Assembly (NCBI GenBank): GCA_017610005.1
Contig: JAFCCU010000001.1
Span: 144,371-208,370 of the forward strand
Direction: 5' to 3'
Length of the DNA: 64,000 bases
Origin: Candidatus Woesearchaeota archaeon
Lineage (GTDB): Archaea > Nanobdellota > Nanobdellia > Woesearchaeales > B29-G15
Shown here one piece after another: positions 29,027 to 38,435 of this stretch. Under the pieces are notes generated by a model, which saw nothing but the letters and a program-made list of their open reading frames with translations, was not told the origin of the DNA and did not search any database. Position numbers and translations under genes: made by a program. How positions within the stretch are numbered: position 1 is the stretch's first letter; the number at the start of each line of letters is the position of its first letter.

Positions 29027-29958
29027 GTACAGAACTACGAAAGGATTATCTTTTTGAACGTTGGTCAGTTATTGCATTTAAAAGAAAAGCAAGACCAATG
29101 GATTTTAAAACAGACCATTCTACAAATAATAAAAAATGTTTTTTTTGTCCAGGTAACGAAGAAGAAGAAACAAGAATTGGCCAAATACCAAAAAAAGGGC
29201 CTTGGAAGATTCGTTGGATCCACAATAAATATCCTGCTATTTCAGTTGAGTCTCAAGGGAAATCAATAAATTCTTTATTTTACAAACAAAAACCGGGTTA
29301 TGGCTTTCATGAAGTTATTATTGAAACACCTGTCCATGGACAATCAATCCATGAACTCCCGCTTAAAGATTTTGTTCTAGTGATGAAGGTTTATCAAGAA
29401 AGGTTTATTGAATTATCTAAAAGAAAAGGCATAAAATATGTTGTTCTTTTTAAAAATCATGGACCTAAAGCAGGTGCATCTTTAGCACATGAACATGCAC
29501 AGGTTGTGGCTCAAACAATTATTCCTAGTTATGTAAAGGCTAAATTAGATCTAATAAAAGGAAAAAAATGCCCTTATTGCAAAATTTTAAATCTAGAGAA
29601 AAAAACAAATAGGTTGGTATTTGAAGATGAACATTTTGTAAGTTTCACACCTTTTTCTCCTAGATTTGCCCATGAGGTTTGGTTAATGCCTAAAAAACAT
29701 ATTAAAAGTTATTCAAACCTAAATAATGAGGAACTTGTATCAATGGCAAAAATGCTTAAGAAAATATTAAAAAAAATGTCTAAACTTTCTGATTCCTTTA
29801 ATTTTACTTTTTTTAATTCCCCTAGTAAGGGGGACCTACATTTTCATATAGAAATCTTTCCAAGAACCTCAACCTGGGCAGGCTACGAATTTCAAACGGG
29901 GGATTATATACTCTCTACTCCTCCAGAGGAGTCTGCGAGGTTTTACCGCAATGGTTGA
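29023..29958 (+). CDS. Galactose-1-phosphate uridylyltransferase-family (GalT-like, HIT superfamily) nucleotidyl transferase/phosphorylase
   Basis: CFFCPGNE zinc site, HEHAQV (HxHxQ) active-site motif, 311 aa. Confidence 0.7.
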   Translation: MSTELRKDYLFERWSVIAFKRKARPMDFKTDHSTNNKKCFFCPGNEEEETRIGQIPKKGPWKIRWIHNKYPAISVESQGKSINSLFYKQKPGYGFHEVIIETPVHGQSIHELPLKDFVLVMKVYQERFIELSKRKGIKYVVLFKNHGPKAGASLAHEHAQVVAQTIIPSYVKAKLDLIKGKKCPYCKILNLEKKTNRLVFEDEHFVSFTPFSPRFAHEVWLMPKKHIKSYSNLNNEELVSMAKMLKKILKKMSKLSDSFNFTFFNSPSKGDLHFHIEIFPRTSTWAGYEFQTGDYILSTPPEESARFYRNG

Positions 29959-31696
29959 AGTAAATTACCACCTTGGACATAAATTTGCCTCTAAAAGATT
30001 GAATATCGATGTTGAAAGATTACTTGTTTGTAATAATTCTCCATCTTACTTTACTTATCCAATAAAATGGACCAGTAGATTTGATGGTTTTGTTACAACT
30101 TTAAATTCTAAAACAGTTAAGGTTGTCGACCAAATAATTCCGCAGGTTGGAGGGGGAATCGTATCAATCCATCATAAGGGCTATAAGGTTGAAGTGATCA
30201 GAGAAAATCTCGCTGAGGAATTCTTTTTGCCAAATGGTTTTACAACCATGATTTATTCCCTTAGTAAAAAAATCCCTTTACAAATATTATTTGATATTAA
30301 AGAACTAAATGATGCTGAAGAATGGGGTCGAAATTACAAAATCGAGATTATTTCTAACAAAACAGTAATTTATTATGAAAAACTTGACTGTTATGTTGCA
30401 ATCAATTGCCCAATTGAATTTAATGAAACGTGGCATAAAAAAGAATATGAATATGATAAAAATAGATCCTCTCCTCATTATAATCGGTGGGTATATTCGC
30501 CTGGAAAATTTTTCGCGCATAATTTAATTATCACATTGAAAAAAACAAAAAAAGAAGTACTTGCAGAAAATGAATATATAGAAACAAATTTACAAAGGAT
30601 AACTTCAATTGAAGAAAAAGAATTTTTAATTAATATAGAGAATAAGGGAAATAATGATGTAAACATTGCATATAACCTCTCAAAATATTATCTTAAAAAA
30701 TTAGGTACAAAAAGAGGGATTATTGCGGGTTTTCCTTGGTTCACACAAGTTTGGACTCGTGATGAATTAATTTCACTTAAGGGAATGTATTTAGCAGGAG
30801 AAATTGAATATGTTAAATCTAGGTTAATTAAATACCTTGATTTAATTCATGCAGATGGGCGTTTAGTAAATCATTTTACTGGGCAAGAGAAAAATGCAGA
30901 TGGTGGGGGCTGGTTGTTTAGGAGACTTCTTGATTACTATCTATTATCCAGAGAAACAAGCCTTGCATTTGATCAAAAAGAAAGAAAAAAAATACAAACT
31001 TCCTTAGAAACTGCATCAAATTGTTTAACAAAATACTTTAAAAAAGACCATTTATTACATTCCACAAATTACCAAACCTGGATGGACTCGCTTCGAAGAG
31101 AAGGTGCAAGGGTAGAAATCCAAGCACTTGACACAAATTTATATGCATTATTAAGGTTAATTACCAAAGAAACTTCATATTTAACTCAAGAAAGAAAGCT
31201 GGTGAAGGAATTTAAAAGGAAATTTTTAAAAGGAGCAATTTTAAAAGATGAAGTAAATGATTTAACAATTAGGCCTAATGTTTTTTTGGCTGGTTATGTT
31301 GGACTAAGACTCTTAAAAGAAGAAGAATGGGCAAAAATTTATAGAAAAGCAATAAAAAGTTTGTGGAATGAGTGGGGAGGTTTATCTACTATAGATAAAT
31401 TAGATTCAAGATTTCACAATAACCACACTGGAGAAAATCCAGAAAGTTACCACAATGGAGATTCTTGGTTTTTTATAAATAATATTGCAGGAATTGCTAT
31501 GTCACGTCAAAAGGGGTTTTCTAAATATGTTAAGATGATTTTACAAGCTTCAACAAAAAATATTTTAGAAATGGGCTCTTTAGGTTGCGCTAGTGAAGTA
31601 TCCTCTTCAAGCAAATTAGAAAGTAAGGGTGCATGGCTACAAGCTTGGAGCTTGGCAACCTATATAGAATTAGTAGAGGTAATAGAAAATGGATAG
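29951..31696 (+). CDS. Glycogen debranching enzyme (amylo-alpha-1,6-glucosidase, GDE_C-like)
   Basis: GFPWFTQVWTRDELISLKGM (GDE_C core), 581 aa. Cluster context. Confidence 0.65.
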   Translation: MVEVNYHLGHKFASKRLNIDVERLLVCNNSPSYFTYPIKWTSRFDGFVTTLNSKTVKVVDQIIPQVGGGIVSIHHKGYKVEVIRENLAEEFFLPNGFTTMIYSLSKKIPLQILFDIKELNDAEEWGRNYKIEIISNKTVIYYEKLDCYVAINCPIEFNETWHKKEYEYDKNRSSPHYNRWVYSPGKFFAHNLIITLKKTKKEVLAENEYIETNLQRITSIEEKEFLINIENKGNNDVNIAYNLSKYYLKKLGTKRGIIAGFPWFTQVWTRDELISLKGMYLAGEIEYVKSRLIKYLDLIHADGRLVNHFTGQEKNADGGGWLFRRLLDYYLLSRETSLAFDQKERKKIQTSLETASNCLTKYFKKDHLLHSTNYQTWMDSLRREGARVEIQALDTNLYALLRLITKETSYLTQERKLVKEFKRKFLKGAILKDEVNDLTIRPNVFLAGYVGLRLLKEEEWAKIYRKAIKSLWNEWGGLSTIDKLDSRFHNNHTGENPESYHNGDSWFFINNIAGIAMSRQKGFSKYVKMILQASTKNILEMGSLGCASEVSSSSKLESKGAWLQAWSLATYIELVEVIENG

Positions 31697-32522
31697 CTTG
31701 CTAATATTTTTAAAAGGTCTTTTTATGGGTATAGCAGATATTATTCCTGGGGTTTCTGGAGGAACAATTGCGTTAATAACAGGGATATATGAAAGGCTAA
31801 TTAAGGCAATTAGTTCTATTGATTTTAAATTTCTAGTACTATTCTCGAAAGGAAAATTCAAAGAAGGTTGGAAAAATATCTTGGAAATTGATTTTGCATT
31901 ATTAATCCCTTTGGCCTTGGGAATTGGGGTTGCGATTTTAGCTATGTCTAGAGTGATGACTTATTTACTTGAAAATTTAACAGGAATAACATTTGCTTTC
32001 TTTTTTGGATTAATCTTAGGTTCTGCCTCATTACTTTTCAAGCAATTCAAAGCTAAAGGAATAGTTTCTTATTTTTTTACATTAGTCGGAATAATTTTGG
32101 CATATCTTTTAGCTAGGACAACCTCTGTAAATGTTGCTCATTCTTTACCAATTACATTTTTAGTCGGAATAATTGCAATAATTGCCATGATCTTACCTGG
32201 AATTTCTGGGTCATTTATCTTGCTTCTTTTAGGGCAGTATCATTATATGCTTAAAGCTATAAAGAATTTTGAAATAAATACAATCATTGTTTTTATGGTT
32301 GGTGCTCTTATTGGCCTCTTAGGATTCTCAAGATTATTAAATTGGATATTAAAAAAATGGGAGATAAATACAATTTATTTGCTAATAGGGCTAATGATTG
32401 GTGCATTAACATTACCAATTATGAGCGTTTTAGCATCCACATTTATTCTTTGGCAGGTTTTATTAGCTGGAATATGTGGTTTTTTTACCATATATTTTAT
32501 TCATAAACTTTCAATTAATTAA
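31689..32522 (+). CDS. DUF368 family membrane protein (putative polyprenyl-phosphate transporter)
   Basis: GIADIIPGVSGGTIALITGIYERL is the DUF368 signature; about 8 TM helices. Confidence 0.75.
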   Translation: MDSLLIFLKGLFMGIADIIPGVSGGTIALITGIYERLIKAISSIDFKFLVLFSKGKFKEGWKNILEIDFALLIPLALGIGVAILAMSRVMTYLLENLTGITFAFFFGLILGSASLLFKQFKAKGIVSYFFTLVGIILAYLLARTTSVNVAHSLPITFLVGIIAIIAMILPGISGSFILLLLGQYHYMLKAIKNFEINTIIVFMVGALIGLLGFSRLLNWILKKWEINTIYLLIGLMIGALTLPIMSVLASTFILWQVLLAGICGFFTIYFIHKLSIN

Positions 32523-32560
32523 TAAAAAAGCTTATTACTAACCTTTTCTTTCTTTATTTT

Positions 32561-33829
32561 ATGGAATTAATTGCTGATTTGCATATTCATGGAAGGTATT
32601 CTCGCGCTTGTAGCAAGCAATTAAGCATTGCTTCGCTCGAGAAATGGGCAAGAGTAAAAGGTGCACATCTACTCGGAACTGGGGACTTTACACATCCTGA
32701 ATGGATTAAAGAATTAAAAAATGAATTAATTGAAGATGGCAAGGGAATTTTACGTACTAAAACCGGATTTCCATTTATTTTGCAAACTGAAATATCCTTA
32801 ATGTATTCTCAAGGAGGGAAAGGAAGGAAAATTCATATTGTTTTGCTAGCCCCTGATTTTAAAACAGTAGATATAATCACCCAGAATTTGTTAAAAATCG
32901 GAAGAATTGATTATGATGGCAGGCCAATATTTGGAATGGAAGCACCCCGCATGGTTAAATTACTTAAAGCAATTAATGAAAAAATTGAGATTATTCCCGC
33001 CCACGCATGGACTCCCTGGTTTGGAGTTTTTGGAAGTAAATCAGGTTTTAACTCATTAAATGAAGCATTTTTAGACCAGGTTAAACATATTTATGCGATT
33101 GAAACAGGGCTTTCAAGTGATCCCCCGATGAACTGGAGATTAAAAGAACTTGATAAAATTCAACTTATAAGCTCTTCTGATTCACATTCATTTTGGCCTT
33201 GGAGAATTGCAAGGGAAGCAACAATTTTTGATATCCCTGAATTAAATTATAATAATATTATCAAAGCAATTAGAACTGGTGAAGGACTAAAGTTAACTAT
33301 TGAAGTTAATCCAAATTATGGTAAATACCACTATGATGGGCACCGAAATTGCAATATATCAATGTCTCCACAAGAGTCAAGTGTTGTAAATAATATTTGC
33401 CCAGTTTGTAAAAAGCCCTTAACGATTGGTGTTTTAAATCGAGTTGAGGAACTTGCTAATAGACCAGAAGGAACTAAATTATTAGATAAACCTCCTTTTT
33501 TAACATTAATTCCCTTACATGAAATTATTTCTGCTGTTGTTGGTTCTTCAGTTAATTCAAAAAAGGTATGGGAAATTTATAATAAAATGATTGAAGGAAT
33601 GGGAAATGAATATAACATTCTTTTAAATGCTTCTAAAGACCAAATAGCTGTTTTTTCTACCCCCCAAATCGCCGAAGCAGTAATTGACAATAGAGCGGGG
33701 GAAATCATGGTAGAACCAGGTTATGATGGGGAATATGGGGTATTAAATCTAGGAGATAAAAAACAAAAGAAATTAAGAGCTGTAAAACGGGTTATTCAAA
33801 GTCAAAAAGGCCTTGATTCTTTCCTTTAA
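32561..33829 (+). CDS. endoQ: Endonuclease Q-like PHP-domain nuclease
   Basis: N-terminal ADLHIHGRYSRACSK...HLLGTGDFTHPEW is a PHP metal site. C-terminal CPVCKKPL zinc finger. 422 aa. Confidence 0.6.
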   Translation: MELIADLHIHGRYSRACSKQLSIASLEKWARVKGAHLLGTGDFTHPEWIKELKNELIEDGKGILRTKTGFPFILQTEISLMYSQGGKGRKIHIVLLAPDFKTVDIITQNLLKIGRIDYDGRPIFGMEAPRMVKLLKAINEKIEIIPAHAWTPWFGVFGSKSGFNSLNEAFLDQVKHIYAIETGLSSDPPMNWRLKELDKIQLISSSDSHSFWPWRIAREATIFDIPELNYNNIIKAIRTGEGLKLTIEVNPNYGKYHYDGHRNCNISMSPQESSVVNNICPVCKKPLTIGVLNRVEELANRPEGTKLLDKPPFLTLIPLHEIISAVVGSSVNSKKVWEIYNKMIEGMGNEYNILLNASKDQIAVFSTPQIAEAVIDNRAGEIMVEPGYDGEYGVLNLGDKKQKKLRAVKRVIQSQKGLDSFL

Positions 33830-34776
33830 TCACATTGAAACATTCTTAGCCCGCCAGTTGCTTCTGAAGTTGCAGCAAGATTAGTCATTGTGGTGTTATA
33901 AGTAAGATCTCTGCATCCATTAATGGAAAACATTTCACGATCAGTGAAAGCATCGGGGCTTCTTGTGTATCTTAAGCACGCTGATGCGAGATTAATAACA
34001 TCTACCTCCCCAAGTGCAGTTGGGAAAACTGTATCACCAATAGTCATAGTGCCATCAGGGGTTACAACAACATTGTTACCAGTAAAAATATCAATTGCCA
34101 CGTAACCTGTCCCTCCGGGAAATTGTTGTGCAATAACCATTACTTCTCCATCTGTGGTAATTAACCTTCTTTGATCTCCTTCCCATTCACTATTTCTACT
34201 TTCATAAATGGCAGTTAATTTATGAGCCAAACCTTCTTGGATTATTAAAGGAAATTCAATTAAATTAAGTTCTTCACCCTGCCAATGTTTGATTTCATCC
34301 TTCCCGTCAAATCCATTAGGAATAAATTGATATAGATGATGTGTTCCATTGCCTTGAGTTACAAGAGAATAAGTTCTAAAGTCCCTTTGTGAAACAAATT
34401 CAATTATTTCTGCACCAACAAAAACATCTTTTACAAAATATTCATTTTGAGTTAAAAAATCAACAGGAACTTCATTAGTTTCAGAATTTGGGCATATTAC
34501 ATAAGTGCCCCCTTTTTGAAACATAAATGGGTTTTCGTTTTTATCAGTTCCTGAAATTCTAAATCCAGAGACTCTTCCTTCAGTGAATATCGCATCTAAA
34601 GTTGTATTTTCTTCTTTTCCAAATAACAAAGTTCCTCTATTTTCAATAATGTTCCCATTTAGATCATTAAATGAGCTATAAGCATAGGGATCAATACCTA
34701 CTGAATCTGCTAAAGTGGCTGTAGTTGTTAAAAGCGTTACTCCTAATAATCCGACTAAAGTTGCTAATCCTTTCAT
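33826..34776 (-). CDS. Secreted hypothetical protein with an N-terminal signal peptide
   Basis: MKGLATLVGLLGVTLLTTTATLADS signal sequence; 316 aa. Confidence 0.5.
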   Translation of the reverse strand: MKGLATLVGLLGVTLLTTTATLADSVGIDPYAYSSFNDLNGNIIENRGTLLFGKEENTTLDAIFTEGRVSGFRISGTDKNENPFMFQKGGTYVICPNSETNEVPVDFLTQNEYFVKDVFVGAEIIEFVSQRDFRTYSLVTQGNGTHHLYQFIPNGFDGKDEIKHWQGEELNLIEFPLIIQEGLAHKLTAIYESRNSEWEGDQRRLITTDGEVMVIAQQFPGGTGYVAIDIFTGNNVVVTPDGTMTIGDTVFPTALGEVDVINLASACLRYTRSPDAFTDREMFSINGCRDLTYNTTMTNLAATSEATGGLRMFQCD

Positions 34777-34898
34777 AATAAATCACCTGTTAAATTGCGT
34801 GAACTCTTATGACAAAGCCCCTCATTTATAAACGTTACGGTATTTTGTTACTTTATAGGAGCAAAAGATTTTAAAAGGGAATCAAATTAATAAAGTTT

Positions 34899-35909
34899 AT
34901 GGTTCATGCATTAATAGCTTCAACTTTAATTAAATATGCAATTCTAACTGAAAAGGTTGGAAAAGATTATGGCATGAGGCAATTTTTTCTAAATCCTGAT
35001 TTAGAAGTTCGATTAGAATGTGCAGGATTTCCTCAATTAGAATATACTTCTAAAATGAATAACTGGTGGAGCTGTAGAGATATTTCCTTGAGGATGGCAA
35101 ATGAACTTCGAGACCAAGGATTCATAGTTAGATTTGGTCACTACGAAAAAGGGCCTTTGACCCATGTTGCCATAAAAGTATATGACCCTACAGAAAAAGG
35201 TTGGTGGTTATTAGATCCCACTCCATTTGATCAACTCTATAGTGAGGATGATTTAATTCAAACATTAAGGGATTTTACTTGGAAAAAAGCTCAAAAAGTA
35301 CAAAGTATGCCCGGACATGGGAGTTTATTATCCTTGGAACCCATTAATGGGAATTACATTGCTTCAGAAGTCTCGATAGTGCCTTTTGGTGCAATGAGCA
35401 TCTCTGAAGATCCAGGGGTTACTGAAACAAAATATTTAATTGAAGTGGGAGTTTCACTAGGAGAGTTAACATCATATGATAATCTTGAGACAATTAATTT
35501 TGCAGTAAGTGTAATAGACACGGATTTGATTAGAGATTATAGAAATGAATTTAATAATAGAGAATGGATTTCTAGACCTCGTTTAACATTTAATCAATTG
35601 ATTCAAAGAGGAGCATTAAAATTAAGTATTTATGATTATAAAGAGATGATCAGGCGAATTGAGGAAAAGTCAATCGGCACCAAAGGAAGGCCTAGCGATC
35701 CTTTTGAAAAAATGGATAAACTCTCAAGAAAATCAAAAGAACATAGATTATTAATTGGCCATCTGCAATATAATCTGGATGCAATTATTAATATTGTTAT
35801 GAATCTTCCAACAAATATTTTAGATAAATACGGAAGAGAGACAAATATGATGACAGGAGAAGTAATTGATCTTGATCCTTCTATAAAAAAACCAAATGAC
35901 ATTATCTAA
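34899..35909 (+). CDS. Transglutaminase-like (Cys-His-Asp) domain protein
   Basis: WWSCRD ... GPLTHVAIKVYD ... WLLDPT arrangement, typical of the transglutaminase-like core. Confidence 0.45.
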   Translation: MVHALIASTLIKYAILTEKVGKDYGMRQFFLNPDLEVRLECAGFPQLEYTSKMNNWWSCRDISLRMANELRDQGFIVRFGHYEKGPLTHVAIKVYDPTEKGWWLLDPTPFDQLYSEDDLIQTLRDFTWKKAQKVQSMPGHGSLLSLEPINGNYIASEVSIVPFGAMSISEDPGVTETKYLIEVGVSLGELTSYDNLETINFAVSVIDTDLIRDYRNEFNNREWISRPRLTFNQLIQRGALKLSIYDYKEMIRRIEEKSIGTKGRPSDPFEKMDKLSRKSKEHRLLIGHLQYNLDAIINIVMNLPTNILDKYGRETNMMTGEVIDLDPSIKKPNDII

Positions 35910-36387
35910 ATCTCAGAATAACCCCTGCAATTAAATTAGCAACAATAATACAAATAAAAGAAATAATAAAAAATTCATAAGGGAAAACTAACAAAATCAA
36001 GCTTTCGTGGGGAAAAAGCCATGTACCTGAGGCAAAAAAAATCTTGTGAAATAATGAAAAAGAAGTATTAAAAAAAAATCCAGCGATAACTCCAAGGCCA
36101 GAAAAAATAAGCATGAAAATTCCAGCGTCTTTTCTTACCTTCTTTGATTTCGCCCACAAAAGGCTAAATAAGCCAGTAATAATCCATATATAATGAATTG
36201 GTTCAATAACTGCTTTCACATCCTTTAAATGGTTTTTTTCATTTTCATTAAATTTGTTTGAAAGATTTCCTTTTCCAATAAAATATTTTTGAGTATTAAG
36301 AAATAAAGAATTGGAATAATCTGCATAAATTGCCATCATAACAATACTTAAAATTAAAAATACAGCCAAGATTCCTCCCTTAATCAT
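35902..36387 (-). CDS. Integral membrane protein (about 4 TM helices), unknown function
   Basis: Hydrophobic profile only. Confidence 0.45.
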   Translation of the reverse strand: MIKGGILAVFLILSIVMMAIYADYSNSLFLNTQKYFIGKGNLSNKFNENEKNHLKDVKAVIEPIHYIWIITGLFSLLWAKSKKVRKDAGIFMLIFSGLGVIAGFFFNTSFSLFHKIFFASGTWLFPHESLILLVFPYEFFIISFICIIVANLIAGVILRFR

Positions 36388-36438
36388 AAATTAAAGAATC
36401 TAAGAAACCTTAATAAAGTTACGTAATTTCAAAAGATT

Positions 36439-37395
36439 ATGGAGGAAATAGTTGAGTTTTTAAAGGGAGTAACCCAAACAGAAATTGATACTCCTTCACT
36501 TTTAAAATCTTTATACAAACCATTTGAGTTTAAAGAAGAATTTTTTTTGCAACTTCCAAAGTCCGAAGAAAAAAAAATTCTTTTTGTTGATGGGGGGAAT
36601 GCAGAACTGATTGCTACTCCAAATCTTTCTGTTCACTTCGTTAGAATTATCGCTGTAACTTTTAAGGGGAAAGAAAGGAGTAGTACAAAAAAAATTGAAG
36701 CTTATGTTGCCGCGAAGGCATCAAATGAAAAAGACATTTCTTATGAAACCCGAGTTTTTCCGATAAAAAATAATTTTAAATTCCCTCCTTTAACATTTTC
36801 TTCTTATGATCAGACTTTAAAAACTGGTGAAAACAGGGTTCAAATAAGTAAAATTGGAGGTGTTATAAGAAGATTTATGGAAATTACTATTGCAACAGAA
36901 TCTGCGGATGATTGTGACTTAATTGTATTAGATGGAAATTTAGAAGCCCCATTTACTCATGAAGATGAGTTTTTTAACGCACTTTATGCCAAACAAATAC
37001 CTGTTATAGGATTAGCTAAAACCTGCTCTTTGTTGATGAATTCAGGAGATTCATTAATTAAATTTATTTTATCCAAGGCAAAAAAGAACTCCTGGATATA
37101 TTCTCCTGTGGCTAAGGGAAAACACCACACCATTAATATCGCAAAATTGCACAATCTAGCCCATTATATCTTTAGATTAGATACTCATGGGCCTTTAAAA
37201 GAGCTTATTGGTTCCCTTTTGCCATTGTGTAACGATGCAGAAATTCCAGGCTACCCATATGGCTTAATTTACGTAGATCGATTGGCAAGAGTAACAAATC
37301 AAGAAAAAGAATATCTAAAAATCAGACTTTCAACTATTTTGGATAAAGACTTAAAAATTGCAATTAAAGCTCTTGATTTTCATAGTATTCTCTAA
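36439..37395 (+). CDS. Hypothetical protein, possibly a NurA-like nuclease domain
   Basis: ILFVDGGNAE and LIVLDGNLE are reminiscent of NurA motifs; the assignment is weak. Confidence 0.35.
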   Translation: MEEIVEFLKGVTQTEIDTPSLLKSLYKPFEFKEEFFLQLPKSEEKKILFVDGGNAELIATPNLSVHFVRIIAVTFKGKERSSTKKIEAYVAAKASNEKDISYETRVFPIKNNFKFPPLTFSSYDQTLKTGENRVQISKIGGVIRRFMEITIATESADDCDLIVLDGNLEAPFTHEDEFFNALYAKQIPVIGLAKTCSLLMNSGDSLIKFILSKAKKNSWIYSPVAKGKHHTINIAKLHNLAHYIFRLDTHGPLKELIGSLLPLCNDAEIPGYPYGLIYVDRLARVTNQEKEYLKIRLSTILDKDLKIAIKALDFHSIL

Positions 37396-37438
37396 CGATA
37401 AATATATAAACTCTAAACGTGGATAAATTTATTGAGAG

Positions 37439-38422
37439 GTGATTAAAGTATATGATGTAATATGTTGTGGAAGTTCTACAATTGATGTATTTGGAGATAC
37501 CTCTTCAGAGTTAATAAGAATTAAAACTAAAAGATATATGGAAGATCATATCTGTTATCCTTCTGGTGTTAAGCTATTATTAAAAGATTTAAATTTTCAA
37601 CTTGGAGGGGGAGGAATTAATACTGCTCTTGCCATGGTGAAATTAGGATTAAAAGTTGCTTATCTTGGTGCAATTGGAAAAGATGCTAATGGTGACTTAG
37701 TTATTTCAAAATTAAAAAAAAATAAGATAGATTTTATAGGTGTTAGAGATAAAAATCAAACTGGCTATGCAATTATTTTAGATTCCTTAATCCATGATCG
37801 CACCATCTTAAAATATTCTGGTGCAAATAACCATTTGTATTATAAGGACATAAATAAAAATAAATTAAAAACCAAATGGTTTTATTTGACATCCATGGTT
37901 GAAGAGTCTTTTAAAACCCTTGAAAGGCTGGCTAAATTTGCAAAAATTAATGGAATAAAGGTTGCATTTAACCCCTCTAATTATGTGATTAAAGATTATT
38001 TAAGCCATATGCCTTACATAATCAGTAAGTGTGATTTATTTGTTTGTAATGAAACTGAAGCATATATTTTAACCGGCCTTGAAGGAAAGAAAAAGCAACT
38101 TCAGGCAATAAAACGGATGGGTGCTAAAAATATTGTTGTAACTTGTGGGGGCGAAGGCGCGTCTTATACTAACGGAAAAGATTATGTCCATATAGAATCT
38201 CATCATATAAATGTTATAGAAGTAACTGGGGCAGGAGATACTTTTGGGAGTACTTTTGTAACAGCATTAATGAAGGTTCCAAAAGATTTCAGATATGCCT
38301 TAAAGTTAGCCATGTCAAATGCGGAATCTGTGATTACTAAGATGGGTGCACAAGGAGGGTTATTAACCTTTGAAAAAGCTCATTTGAAAACTAAAAATAA
38401 ATTTAAAATAAAAAAGTTATAG
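37439..38422 (+). CDS. PfkB-family carbohydrate kinase (ribokinase-like); GTG start
   Basis: C-terminal VTGAGDTFGSTFV (pfkB signature 2) and a GG motif near the N-terminus. SD GAGGTGA. Confidence 0.8.
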   Translation: MIKVYDVICCGSSTIDVFGDTSSELIRIKTKRYMEDHICYPSGVKLLLKDLNFQLGGGGINTALAMVKLGLKVAYLGAIGKDANGDLVISKLKKNKIDFIGVRDKNQTGYAIILDSLIHDRTILKYSGANNHLYYKDINKNKLKTKWFYLTSMVEESFKTLERLAKFAKINGIKVAFNPSNYVIKDYLSHMPYIISKCDLFVCNETEAYILTGLEGKKKQLQAIKRMGAKNIVVTCGGEGASYTNGKDYVHIESHHINVIEVTGAGDTFGSTFVTALMKVPKDFRYALKLAMSNAESVITKMGAQGGLLTFEKAHLKTKNKFKIKKL

Positions 38423-38435
38423 AGGTGTAGTAAAA

